Positions 30,906 to 38,764 of a stretch of DNA of 64,000 nt are shown here, piece by piece. The notes beneath the pieces are model-generated. The model saw only the letters and a list, made by a program, of their open reading frames with translations. It had not been told where the DNA came from and did no database searches. Both the position numbers and the translations under genes were made by a program. Source of the stretch: Candidatus Onthoplasma sp. Its GTDB lineage: Bacteria; Bacillota; Clostridia; Christensenellales; UBA1242. The stretch covers positions 84 through 64,083 of the forward strand of contig JAZUAD010000021.1 of assembly GCA_045637825.1 (NCBI GenBank). Direction: 5' to 3'. Position 1 is the stretch's first letter; every line of letters begins with the position of its first letter.

Positions 30906-32774
30906 CAAAAAAGAGTATTTATATTGCTTCTAATGTTTATTGTGGTGTTTAGCGCAATATTTCTTAGGTTGGGTTATTTGCAGTTAGTTGCGGGCAAAGA
31001 ATTACAGGTTTTGGCTTCTAGTCAGTGGTTGCGAGATTTGCCCTTATCTGCAAAGCGTGGAGATATTGTAGACTGCAATGGTGTGTTACTGGCAACAACT
31101 GAAACCACCTACGACCTATATGTACGTGCTAGAAGTGTAGATAAGCCAACAGAGTTGGCACGCCTATTGGCAGATAAACTAAAATTAGATTTTGACAAAA
31201 CCTATACCAAAGTAACTAATACAAGAATATCGGAAAGTTTAATCAAACTGCAAGTAGCGGAAGATGTGGCGTTAAGTATTGCCAATTCCAATTTGAAAGG
31301 AATTTATTTATCACAAAATGTAGGGCGGGTTTATCCGTACTCTAACCTGCTTACACAAGTGTTAGGTTTTTGCTCAATAGATAATGTTGGTCAAACGGGC
31401 TTAGAGAGTTATTACAACAAGTATTTAAAAGGCGTAAATGGCAAAAGTTTAGTACAAACCAATGCGCAGGGATTAGAACTTGATAATAGTTTACAATATT
31501 ATATTCCAAGTATTGCAGGAGCAAATTTAACGACAACCATAGATGTTTCATTGCAAATAATTCTTGAAAAATATTTATATGAGGCCTATATTGAGCATAA
31601 GGCTAAGGGTGTAACAGGAATAATTTTAGATGCAACTAATGGAAATATTTTAGCAATGAGCAATATTCCAGATTTTGACCTAAACAATGTGCCAAGAGAA
31701 GACTTAAATGCACTATTTAGCATTAGCAAAAACAAGGCGGTGGTTGACGTATATGAACCCGGTAGTACCTTTAAAATTATTACAATGGCGGCAGCGCTGA
31801 ATGAGGGATTAACAAATGTTGAAGAAAGGTTTTATTGCGGAGGAAGTTGCAGTGTAGATGGCGAGCGAATAAAGTGTTGGCGAACAATTGGTCATGGCTC
31901 ACAAACGCTGGTAGAGGGCTTTAAAAATAGTTGCAACTGCGTGTTTGTGCAACTGGCTTTAAGACTAGGTGTAGATAAATTATATAAATATATGGATTTG
32001 TTTGGCGTTGGTCAAAAAACAGGGGTAGATATTTCTAGCGAAAGTTCAGGTATTGTAATGAATAAAGGGCTGGTTAAAAATGTTGACCTTGCACGTATTG
32101 GTTTTGGTCAATCGGTTGCAGTAACCTCTTTGCAATTAACTAATATTTTTGCGTTTATTACAAGTGGTAAATTGTATACACCACATTTGATTAATAGTAT
32201 TTATACTGATGATGTTAGCTTGTATAAATATACACCAACATCTAAAAGCACAACGCTAAAATCAAACACTGTAAATACTATTAATATGATGCTGGCAAAT
32301 AATATTAATGCCGACGGTAATTATAATTTTGTGGCGGGGTATGATGTTGGAGGTAAAACAGGTACGGCACAAAAGTTTGAAAATGGTGTTATAGCAATAG
32401 GTAAATATGTATCTAGTTTTATAGGTGTTTATCCTACTAGCAGTCCTAGATATATATTGTTTGTCAGTGTTGATGAACCCTCTAATGGCGTGTATTATGG
32501 CGGAATGGTTGCTAAACCGATAGGTCAAAAGATTTTTAGTCAAATGTTTAGCATTAAAAACATTGTTCCTGAGGATATTAGCCAATTAACAAATCAACCA
32601 AATATTGAAATGCCTGAATTGGTTGGCAAAACGATAGCAGATGCGTGCGCTAAACTAAGAAGTTTGGGCTTAAATTCAAATATTGATGGAAATGGCGGTT
32701 ACGTTATTAGTCAACTTCCACTTAGTGGAACAAGGTTATATCAAGATGAGGAAGTTTTATTAGTGACTAATTAG
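30867..32774 (+). CDS. Class B penicillin-binding protein (FtsI/PBP2B/SpoVD type) with a C-terminal PASTA domain
   Basis: Transpeptidase motifs STFK, SCN (SxN-type) and KTGT. N-terminal TM helix, and one PASTA-like module at the C-terminus. Confidence 0.9.
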   Translation: MSKLKRFYNLFSFQKRVFILLLMFIVVFSAIFLRLGYLQLVAGKELQVLASSQWLRDLPLSAKRGDIVDCNGVLLATTETTYDLYVRARSVDKPTELARLLADKLKLDFDKTYTKVTNTRISESLIKLQVAEDVALSIANSNLKGIYLSQNVGRVYPYSNLLTQVLGFCSIDNVGQTGLESYYNKYLKGVNGKSLVQTNAQGLELDNSLQYYIPSIAGANLTTTIDVSLQIILEKYLYEAYIEHKAKGVTGIILDATNGNILAMSNIPDFDLNNVPREDLNALFSISKNKAVVDVYEPGSTFKIITMAAALNEGLTNVEERFYCGGSCSVDGERIKCWRTIGHGSQTLVEGFKNSCNCVFVQLALRLGVDKLYKYMDLFGVGQKTGVDISSESSGIVMNKGLVKNVDLARIGFGQSVAVTSLQLTNIFAFITSGKLYTPHLINSIYTDDVSLYKYTPTSKSTTLKSNTVNTINMMLANNINADGNYNFVAGYDVGGKTGTAQKFENGVIAIGKYVSSFIGVYPTSSPRYILFVSVDEPSNGVYYGGMVAKPIGQKIFSQMFSIKNIVPEDISQLTNQPNIEMPELVGKTIADACAKLRSLGLNSNIDGNGGYVISQLPLSGTRLYQDEEVLLVTN

Positions 32775-32800
32775 TTATATAAAATAAAAAAGGAGATTAT

Positions 32801-34261
32801 ATGGATTTACAACAACTAGTACAAGATTTTAAATTTAATGGGATTAAAAATTATAAGAATGTAGATATACAAAATTTAACAAATTCTAGTACGCAAAACA
32901 CAAATCAAGCGCTATATTTTTGCCTAAAAGGTAGCAAAGTTGATGGACACGAATATGCTAAGGAGGCGATGGATGATGGCGCAGTTTGTTTGGTGGTAGA
33001 GAAATATTTGGATTTACCTATAACTCAAATATTGGTTGACAATGCTAGAAGTGCAATGTCAGCCCTTAGTGCTAAGTTTTATGAGTTTGACAAATCTAAA
33101 ATAAAGTTTATAGGAGTTACAGGAACTAACGGAAAAACCACCACCGCTTTTATTACTAGGCACATTCTTAAAAATTTAGGCAAACGTGTAGGAATGATAG
33201 GCACTGAGGGTACCTATATGGGGGATATTAAAATACCTTCAGCTCTTACAACTCCAGACCCTATTAATTTACATAAAATCATACACGAAATGGATTTAAA
33301 CGGTATTGAATATGTGGTTATGGAAGTGTCGGCACACGCTATTGCATTAAACAAAATTGATAGCATTATGTACGATGTGGTAGGAATTACTAATATTACT
33401 CAAGACCATCTTGACTATTTTAATACTATGGAAAATTATGCAAGGGCAAAAGCTGAATTGTTTACATATAAACACGCACAAAAAGCCATAATAAATATCG
33501 ATGACAAATATACTAGGGCGGTATTAAAAAAATGCGATATTGAACATTCTACGTTATCTTTAAATAGACCTGCTGATATTAGTTTAGAACAAAGTGATTT
33601 AAAGCCAGATTCAACGCAAGCAATCATAACCATTAATAACAAGCAATATATGTTAAATAGTTCATTGGTTGGTGAATATAATCTTGCTAATACTCTTATG
33701 GCTATAGGGTTTTGCAATGTTCTGGGCTTTGAAGTTAGTAATATTTTACAGGCGCTTAATAGTTCGCAGTTGATAGTTCCAGGACGATTAAATTTAGTAA
33801 AAACACCTAAAAACAATACGGTTGTTATTGACTATGCTCACACGCCTGATGGGATTGAAAAAGTGTTGACTACCATCAACCAAATCAAAACAGGTAAATT
33901 AATAGTGGTGTTTGGCTGTGGTGGCGGTAGAGATAGCAGTAAACGAGCCTTAATGGGTGACATCGCTACAAAACTTGGAGATTATGTAGTTATAACTAGC
34001 GATAATCCAAGAAATGAAAATCCTTATCAAATTATTGCAGATATTAATAAAGGAACAGCTAATAGAAAAAATTGTGTAAATATTGCAGATAGAACAAGTG
34101 CTATTAATTATGCTTTGGCTATATCAAATGAGGGAGATATAATAGCAATATTGGGTAAGGGTAATGAAGCATATCAAGAGATTAAGGGAACAAAATATCC
34201 GTTTAGCGATTATCAGGCGGTAGATAATTATTTTAATAACAAACAAGAATATATTAAATAG
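32801..34261 (+). CDS. murE: UDP-N-acetylmuramoyl-L-alanyl-D-glutamate--2,6-diaminopimelate ligase
   Basis: P-loop GVTGTNGKTT, and DNPRNE (the DNPR motif typical of meso-DAP-adding MurE). Confidence 0.93.
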   Translation: MDLQQLVQDFKFNGIKNYKNVDIQNLTNSSTQNTNQALYFCLKGSKVDGHEYAKEAMDDGAVCLVVEKYLDLPITQILVDNARSAMSALSAKFYEFDKSKIKFIGVTGTNGKTTTAFITRHILKNLGKRVGMIGTEGTYMGDIKIPSALTTPDPINLHKIIHEMDLNGIEYVVMEVSAHAIALNKIDSIMYDVVGITNITQDHLDYFNTMENYARAKAELFTYKHAQKAIINIDDKYTRAVLKKCDIEHSTLSLNRPADISLEQSDLKPDSTQAIITINNKQYMLNSSLVGEYNLANTLMAIGFCNVLGFEVSNILQALNSSQLIVPGRLNLVKTPKNNTVVIDYAHTPDGIEKVLTTINQIKTGKLIVVFGCGGGRDSSKRALMGDIATKLGDYVVITSDNPRNENPYQIIADINKGTANRKNCVNIADRTSAINYALAISNEGDIIAILGKGNEAYQEIKGTKYPFSDYQAVDNYFNNKQEYIK

Positions 34262-34285
34262 TTAACATATTAAAAGGAAATAAGT

Positions 34286-35293
34286 ATGATAAAAATTATT
34301 GTGGGCTTTATACTAAGTTTTATTTTAGGCATTGTTTTAATGCCTTTGATAATTAAGATTATACGAAAATTTAGTTGCTCACAAACTATTTTGGAATATG
34401 TAGAGGAACACAAATCCAAACAAGGTACGCCAACAATGGGTGGGGTAGTATTTTTCATATCAACCCTACTAATAGTGGTGTGCCTGATGGATTATAGCAC
34501 CGAACTAGCAATGGCTTTGGGGGTTGGACTGGCCTTTGCTATAATTGGATTTATGGACGATTTTATCAAGGTAAAGTTTAAACAGAATTTAGGTCTTAGA
34601 CCGTATCAAAAAATTATTGGACAAGTAGGTGTTGCGTTAATACTTGCCGTATACATATATTTTTGGTCACCTAATAAGGGGATAATATATTTGCCCTTTA
34701 CCTTTAAAGCAATAGATTTAGGAATATGGATAATTCCTTTAGTTATAATAGTTTGTTTAGGTGCAACTAATAGCGTAAACTTAACTGATGGGTTAGATGG
34801 CTTGGCTGGTGGTGTAAGTGTAATATATAGCGGAATATTTATTGCTTTGATTACAATTTTTTCAACTCTTGCCTTTAAAAATGGCGAATTGGATAGTTTT
34901 GTAACTATGTATAAGGATATGGCACTACTGCTTGCAATTTTTATGGGTAGCATCATAGCTTTTTTGATATTTAATACTAATAAGGCAAGTATATTTATGG
35001 GAGATGTAGGTTCTCTTGGTATTGGAGGACTATTTGCCTCCAGTGCTTGTATAATGGGTTTTGAATTTATGCTTGCAATAGTGGGCGTTATGTTTGTAGT
35101 ATCGGCCTTGTCAGTAATACTGCAAGTATTGTATTTCAAAAAAACAAAAGGTAAACGTATATTTAAAATGGCTCCACTTCATCATCACTTTCAAATGTGT
35201 AGGCATAGTGAGGCAAAAATAGGTTATATTTACCAAACAATAACACTAATGATAGGACTTGTTGTAATTCTTTTAACTTTGCTTTTTATCTAA
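34286..35293 (+). CDS. mraY: Phospho-N-acetylmuramoyl-pentapeptide transferase
   Basis: Motifs KxGTPTMGG, NSVNLTDGLDGLA, MGDVGSLGIGG, PLHHHF. Confidence 0.95.
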   Translation: MIKIIVGFILSFILGIVLMPLIIKIIRKFSCSQTILEYVEEHKSKQGTPTMGGVVFFISTLLIVVCLMDYSTELAMALGVGLAFAIIGFMDDFIKVKFKQNLGLRPYQKIIGQVGVALILAVYIYFWSPNKGIIYLPFTFKAIDLGIWIIPLVIIVCLGATNSVNLTDGLDGLAGGVSVIYSGIFIALITIFSTLAFKNGELDSFVTMYKDMALLLAIFMGSIIAFLIFNTNKASIFMGDVGSLGIGGLFASSACIMGFEFMLAIVGVMFVVSALSVILQVLYFKKTKGKRIFKMAPLHHHFQMCRHSEAKIGYIYQTITLMIGLVVILLTLLFI

Positions 35294-35331
35294 AAGTTAT
35301 AATTGCTAATTAATTTTAATATATATATTTT

Positions 35332-36432
35332 ATGATTAAGTCCTACAAAAATTCAATTATAATAGTAGTTTGTACAATAGTTTTGGTTAGCGTAGGGGTG
35401 ATTATGGTGTATAGTGCCAGTAAATACTCTGCCAACCTTAATTATGGTAATAAATATTTTTATATGACCAAGCAGTTGGTTGGTGCAGTGTTAGGATTAG
35501 GTGGTATGATTGCTACATCATTAATCAACCATAAGATATATAAAAAGTTTTATATATTAGCATATATAATAGGACTGGTTTTATTGTCGTTATTGTTTAT
35601 TCCAGGACTTGCCAAGACGAGTTATGGGGCAACTAGATGGATAAATTTGGGCTTTTTTACTATTCAACCTAGTGAAATTGCAAAGTTTTGCTTAGTATTG
35701 TTTTTAAGTGTGGCATTGACTAGAGGTAAAGATATTAATAAACCTAGTAAATTATTAGGGATAATATTTGCTGGAGTATTATATTGCGTACTTATTATGC
35801 TTGAGCCAAATATGTCAATTACAATATGTGTAGGACTTACATTGGTGGTAATGCTATTTATTGGCGGGCTTAATATTAAAACCTTTGCAATAGGGACTAT
35901 ACCGATTATTTTATTAGGTGTGGGGCTTGTAATGTTGGAGCCATATCGTATGAAGCGAATAATTGCCTTTATTGACCCCTGGCAAAATCCACTAGAGGAG
36001 GGTTATCAATTAATTCAATCTTTATATGCAATATCCAGTGGAGGATTGTTTGGTGTGGGGCTAGGTAACAGCCGTCAAGCACAATTATTTTTGCCTTTTG
36101 CTGAAAGTGATTTTATATTTTCCATAATTTGTGAAGAACTTGGCTTTATAGGTGGAGGAGCAATACTTTTAACTTATTTAATATTAATAATAACAATAAT
36201 TAAAGTAGGAATTAAGGCAAAAGATAATTATTCCAAGTTTCTGTGTATAGGTATTGCTTGTGTTTTAGGAATTCAAACAATGCTCAACATCTGTGTTGTC
36301 TCTGGCTCAATTCCGCCAACAGGCCTGCCACTTCCGTTCATTTCCGCAGGGTCAACAAGTTTGCTAGTTTTTATGAGTGCGATCGGGGTGGTTTTAAATG
36401 TTGATAAACAATCTAGAAAAGGTGTAATTTAA
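35332..36432 (+). CDS. ftsW: SEDS-family peptidoglycan glycosyltransferase FtsW/SpoVE
   Basis: 10-TM SEDS protein with RWINLGFFTIQPSE, ESDFIFS and the C-terminal PPTGLPLPFISAGSTS motif. Confidence 0.9.
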   Translation: MIKSYKNSIIIVVCTIVLVSVGVIMVYSASKYSANLNYGNKYFYMTKQLVGAVLGLGGMIATSLINHKIYKKFYILAYIIGLVLLSLLFIPGLAKTSYGATRWINLGFFTIQPSEIAKFCLVLFLSVALTRGKDINKPSKLLGIIFAGVLYCVLIMLEPNMSITICVGLTLVVMLFIGGLNIKTFAIGTIPIILLGVGLVMLEPYRMKRIIAFIDPWQNPLEEGYQLIQSLYAISSGGLFGVGLGNSRQAQLFLPFAESDFIFSIICEELGFIGGGAILLTYLILIITIIKVGIKAKDNYSKFLCIGIACVLGIQTMLNICVVSGSIPPTGLPLPFISAGSTSLLVFMSAIGVVLNVDKQSRKGVI

Positions 36433-36446
36433 AAATTTTATTTAAG

Positions 36447-36493
36447 AATGTATGCAAATTGCAATCAAGGTGTATACATTTTTATTTTTTTGT
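36447..36493 (+). terminator. Intrinsic terminator after ftsW (cassette module, copy 0)
   Basis: 10-bp stem aatgtatgca/tgtatacatt (one G-U pair), 14-nt loop, then TTTTTATTTTTTT. Confidence 0.65.
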
Positions 36494-36501
36494 GTTATAC
36501 T
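36493..36501 (+). promoter_or_regulatory. Extended -10 promoter (TGTTATACT) for the first HD cargo gene
   Basis: TGn + TATACT directly after the terminator T-run and ~24 nt before the ATG. The same arrangement recurs in all four units. Confidence 0.45.
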
Positions 36502-36524
36502 TGTTTTTAACAAGGAGATTTTCA

Positions 36525-37190
36525 ATGAAACAAGTTGAAGAAATTATAAATAAATTAAGAAATAAAGTTGAAGAATATTTTAGCAAAGATGCTAGTGGAC
36601 ATAATATAGACCATTTAGAAAGAACATTAAAATATGCTTTATATTTACAATCTAAAGAAGGTGGAGATATTATTGTTGTGGCTACATCTGCTTTTATTCA
36701 TGACATACATAGAATTTTGGGCGCTGAACAAAATAAGTTTGTTTCGCCAAAAGAAAGTTTACCTGTTGTTGAACAGTTTTTAGATGAAATTGAATTAACA
36801 CCAAAACAAAGAGAACATATATTATTTGCTATTGAACACCATGAAGAATATTCTTTTGGTGAAGGTGGTGTTAATGTTCAAGATATTGAAAGTAAAATTT
36901 TACAAGATGCAGATAATTTAGATGCGATTGGTGCAGTTGGGATTGTTAGAACTTTCAAATATGGAATGGCTCATAATGTAGTTGATTATGACCCAAGCGT
37001 TCCTTTATATCAAAATGAATATAACGAGAGTAAAGAAGATGCATCAACAATTCATCATATCAATAATAAACTTTTAAGATTGGGTGAACACATGAACACT
37101 AAAACTGCTAAAAGGTTGGCAAAAGAAAAAATAAAATTAATGAAAGATTTTATGGATATGTATATTGAAGAAGTTGTTGGAAAGGTTTAA
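36525..37190 (+). CDS. HD-domain phosphohydrolase, YpgQ/YedJ-like (putative (d)NTP pyrophosphohydrolase); cassette cargo 1
   Basis: Motifs SGHNIDHLERT ... AFIHDIHR ... HHEE ... LQDADNLDAIGA (H..H, HD, D pattern). RBS aaggaga lies before the ATG at 36525. The upstream part of the listed ORF (from 36459) overlaps the terminator and promoter. Confidence 0.75.
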   Translation: MKQVEEIINKLRNKVEEYFSKDASGHNIDHLERTLKYALYLQSKEGGDIIVVATSAFIHDIHRILGAEQNKFVSPKESLPVVEQFLDEIELTPKQREHILFAIEHHEEYSFGEGGVNVQDIESKILQDADNLDAIGAVGIVRTFKYGMAHNVVDYDPSVPLYQNEYNESKEDASTIHHINNKLLRLGEHMNTKTAKRLAKEKIKLMKDFMDMYIEEVVGKV

Positions 37191-37213
37191 TTTTTAATAA
37201 AGTATTTATAATA

Positions 37214-37360
37214 CAATAACTCGTGTTAAGAGGCTCAATCCCGCCAACAGGGTTGCCGTTGCCATTTATATCTGCCGGCTCAACAAGTTTGCTTGTTTTT
37301 ATGAGTGCGATTGGTGTGGTGCTGAATGTGGATAGGCAATCACGGGAGAATAAACTTTAA
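37214..37360 (+). pseudogene. Displaced ftsW 3'-end fragment, copy 1 (43 codons, intact frame, no start codon)
   Basis: 37232-37360 translates to GSIPPTGLPLPFISAGSTSLLVFMSAIGVVLNVDRQSRENKL*. The first 38 codons match the FtsW C-terminus with one conservative change and 19 synonymous codon differences. A TAA lies 4 codons upstream. Confidence 0.85.
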
Positions 37361-37370
37361 TTTTTTAGTA

Positions 37371-37417
37371 AAAATGTATACAATTTGTAATGAAAAAGTA
37401 GACATTTTTATTTTTTT
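37371..37417 (+). terminator. Hairpin terminator of cassette module, copy 1
   Basis: Arms aaaatgtatac/gtagacatttt (1 mismatch), then TTTTTATTTTTTT. Homologous to the ftsW terminator. Confidence 0.55.
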
Positions 37418-37418
37418 G

Positions 37419-37427
37419 TGTTATAAT
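37419..37427 (+). promoter_or_regulatory. Extended -10 promoter TGTTATAAT for cargo 2
   Basis: TGnTATAAT directly after the T-run. RBS aggaga downstream. Confidence 0.5.
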
Positions 37428-37449
37428 GTAAGCACAGGAGAAGAATGAT

Positions 37450-37686
37450 ATGGGATTTTTTGATATTTTTAAAAAGAAGAAAGAAGAGTGGTATAAGCAA
37501 AAAGAAACAGATATTATTTGGTGGTTAGATAATAGCGATAAAATTGGAGAGCATGTGTTTAGTTTTGATAAGAAAAAAAAGTTTAATTTGTTTAGAGATT
37601 ATCCTTATCAATTAACTGCTGAGCAAAAAGAAATATTTGATAAAGAAAATCCGTATTGGGCAGATTTTTTTAAAGATAGAAAATAA
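37450..37686 (+). CDS. Hypothetical 78-aa protein (Trp/Lys-rich, no TM helix); cassette cargo 2
   Basis: ORF with RBS aggaga 8 nt upstream and its own promoter module. I recognise no family. Confidence 0.5.
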   Translation: MGFFDIFKKKKEEWYKQKETDIIWWLDNSDKIGEHVFSFDKKKKFNLFRDYPYQLTAEQKEIFDKENPYWADFFKDRK

Positions 37687-37732
37687 TGTAAAGAGCAATA
37701 ATTTTGCTTTTTTTATTAAAAATTTTATAATT

Positions 37733-37975
37733 CAATAACTGATGTTAAGAGGATCAATTCCACCAACAGGATTACCCGCGTCAAAACTCTCGTTTATTTT
37801 GCTTGTGCGCGCAGTTGCTTGCACATTCGCTTAACACTCGGTTTTTCCTTTCCACTTCAAAGCTTTCGCTTTGTGGGGTCCCCAAAAGTCTGCCGGATCA
37901 ACAAGTTTGCTGGTTTTCATATTTGCTATCGGAGTTGTTTTTAATATAAATAGGAAGAGCAAGAAAAACAATTAA
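37733..37975 (+). pseudogene. Displaced ftsW 3'-end fragment, copy 2, interrupted by a 111-bp insertion
   Basis: GSIPPTGLP (37751-37777), then the insertion, then SAGSTSLLVFIFAIGVVFNINRKSKKNN* (37889-37975). The four codons for LPFI are missing. Confidence 0.8.
37778..37888. other. 111-bp GC-richer insertion of unknown nature inside fragment copy 2
   Basis: About 47% G+C by manual count, against an AT-rich background. The (-) strand folds as CCAC-AAAGC-GAAA-GCUUU-GAA-GUGG (GNRA-capped hairpin). Contains the GGGGTCCCC palindrome. Confidence 0.4.
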
Positions 37976-38013
37976 ATTTTTTGAATAAGTGTATACACTT
38001 TTTGTTTTGTATA

Positions 38014-38022
38014 TGTTATAAT
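38014..38022 (+). promoter_or_regulatory. Extended -10 promoter TGTTATAAT for cargo 3
   Basis: Follows the short hairpin aagtg-tata-cactt plus T-run (37987-38008). RBS agaggg precedes the ATG at 38045. Confidence 0.5.
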
Positions 38023-38044
38023 AAAATTGTTAGAGGGCATTGTT

Positions 38045-38764
38045 ATGAGCATAAAAAACGAAAGAGAAGAAAAAATTCTTCAAATATCAGTTAGAAAAAA
38101 GTTTAGTTATAAAGATATTTTAAAAAGCAATTATTATAAAGAAACATATACTAAAATCGAAGAGCTTAAGAAAGATTTTTATGTTAACCATGGCTTTATT
38201 CATATTAAGAATGTAACTAATAATGCTGAATATTTAGCAGATCTTTTTTGCCTTGATTCAAGACAGAAAGAATTGTTACTTATAGCAAGTGTGTTGCATG
38301 ATATTGGTTATCTAAAAGGGAGAGAAAACCATGACGTAAATGGCAGTGTATTGGCTTATGAATATCTTAAAAATCTAATGCCTAAAGAAGATGTTGATTT
38401 AATTTGCAGTGCAATAGCAAGTCATGGTGGCAAAAATGATGAAGATTATATTAACCCTATTTCAATGTGTTTGATTTTAGCAGACAAATTGGATTTTACT
38501 AAAGATAGATATAAAGATGATGGAAAAGAACATGTTAATCTACCATTGTTTTTAAGTATAGAAAAAATTATGTTAACAAAAGATGATATAAATAATTTTA
38601 CACTTAAAATTTACACTACAAGCAAGCCTCTATTCGATAATTTAGATGACAATTATTATTTTAAAAAACTCTTTGAGGTTTTAAGAAAATTAAAAAATAT
38701 TTGCAATTATGATGTTAAAATTAATTTTATTGATTGCAAAAAAGATTTTGAATGCAATAGCTGA
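38045..38764 (+). CDS. HD-domain phosphohydrolase unrelated to cargo 1; cassette cargo 3
   Basis: Motifs HGFIHIKNV ... LHDIGY ... NHDVNGS ... ASHGG ... ILADKLDF. The ATG at 38045 follows RBS agaggg. Confidence 0.7.
   Translation: MSIKNEREEKILQISVRKKFSYKDILKSNYYKETYTKIEELKKDFYVNHGFIHIKNVTNNAEYLADLFCLDSRQKELLLIASVLHDIGYLKGRENHDVNGSVLAYEYLKNLMPKEDVDLICSAIASHGGKNDEDYINPISMCLILADKLDFTKDRYKDDGKEHVNLPLFLSIEKIMLTKDDINNFTLKIYTTSKPLFDNLDDNYYFKKLFEVLRKLKNICNYDVKINFIDCKKDFECNS

Noticed and set aside
34606-35139. 177-aa antisense ORF inside mraY. Similar cases lie inside ftsQ (42239..42664), ftsZ (44038..44394), the coiled-coil gene (51889..52356), smc (62660..63091), murE (33436..33816) and ftsL (30190..30483).
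   Set aside because: All are fully contained in strongly supported sense genes with diagnostic motifs. They lack RBSs and have shadow-frame composition.
36459-36524. N-terminal extensions given by the ORF track. The cases are 36459, 38027, 2957, 9710, 14664(-), 18103, 20569, 21035, 21650, 24093, 45856, 48351 and 52976.
   Set aside because: The upstream starts are mostly TTG/GTG or an ATG without a Shine-Dalgarno sequence. Some run through terminator or promoter sequence. In nearly every case an internal ATG follows a good RBS and matches the expected family N-terminus; for 9710 (pta) the internal ATG at 9749 is chosen on the family N-terminus alone, with no clear RBS.
37778-37888. Intein or intron interpretation of the 111-bp insertion in fragment copy 2
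   Set aside because: It is too short for either, it contains an in-frame stop, and it lies in a non-functional gene fragment. It is kept only as an unexplained insertion.
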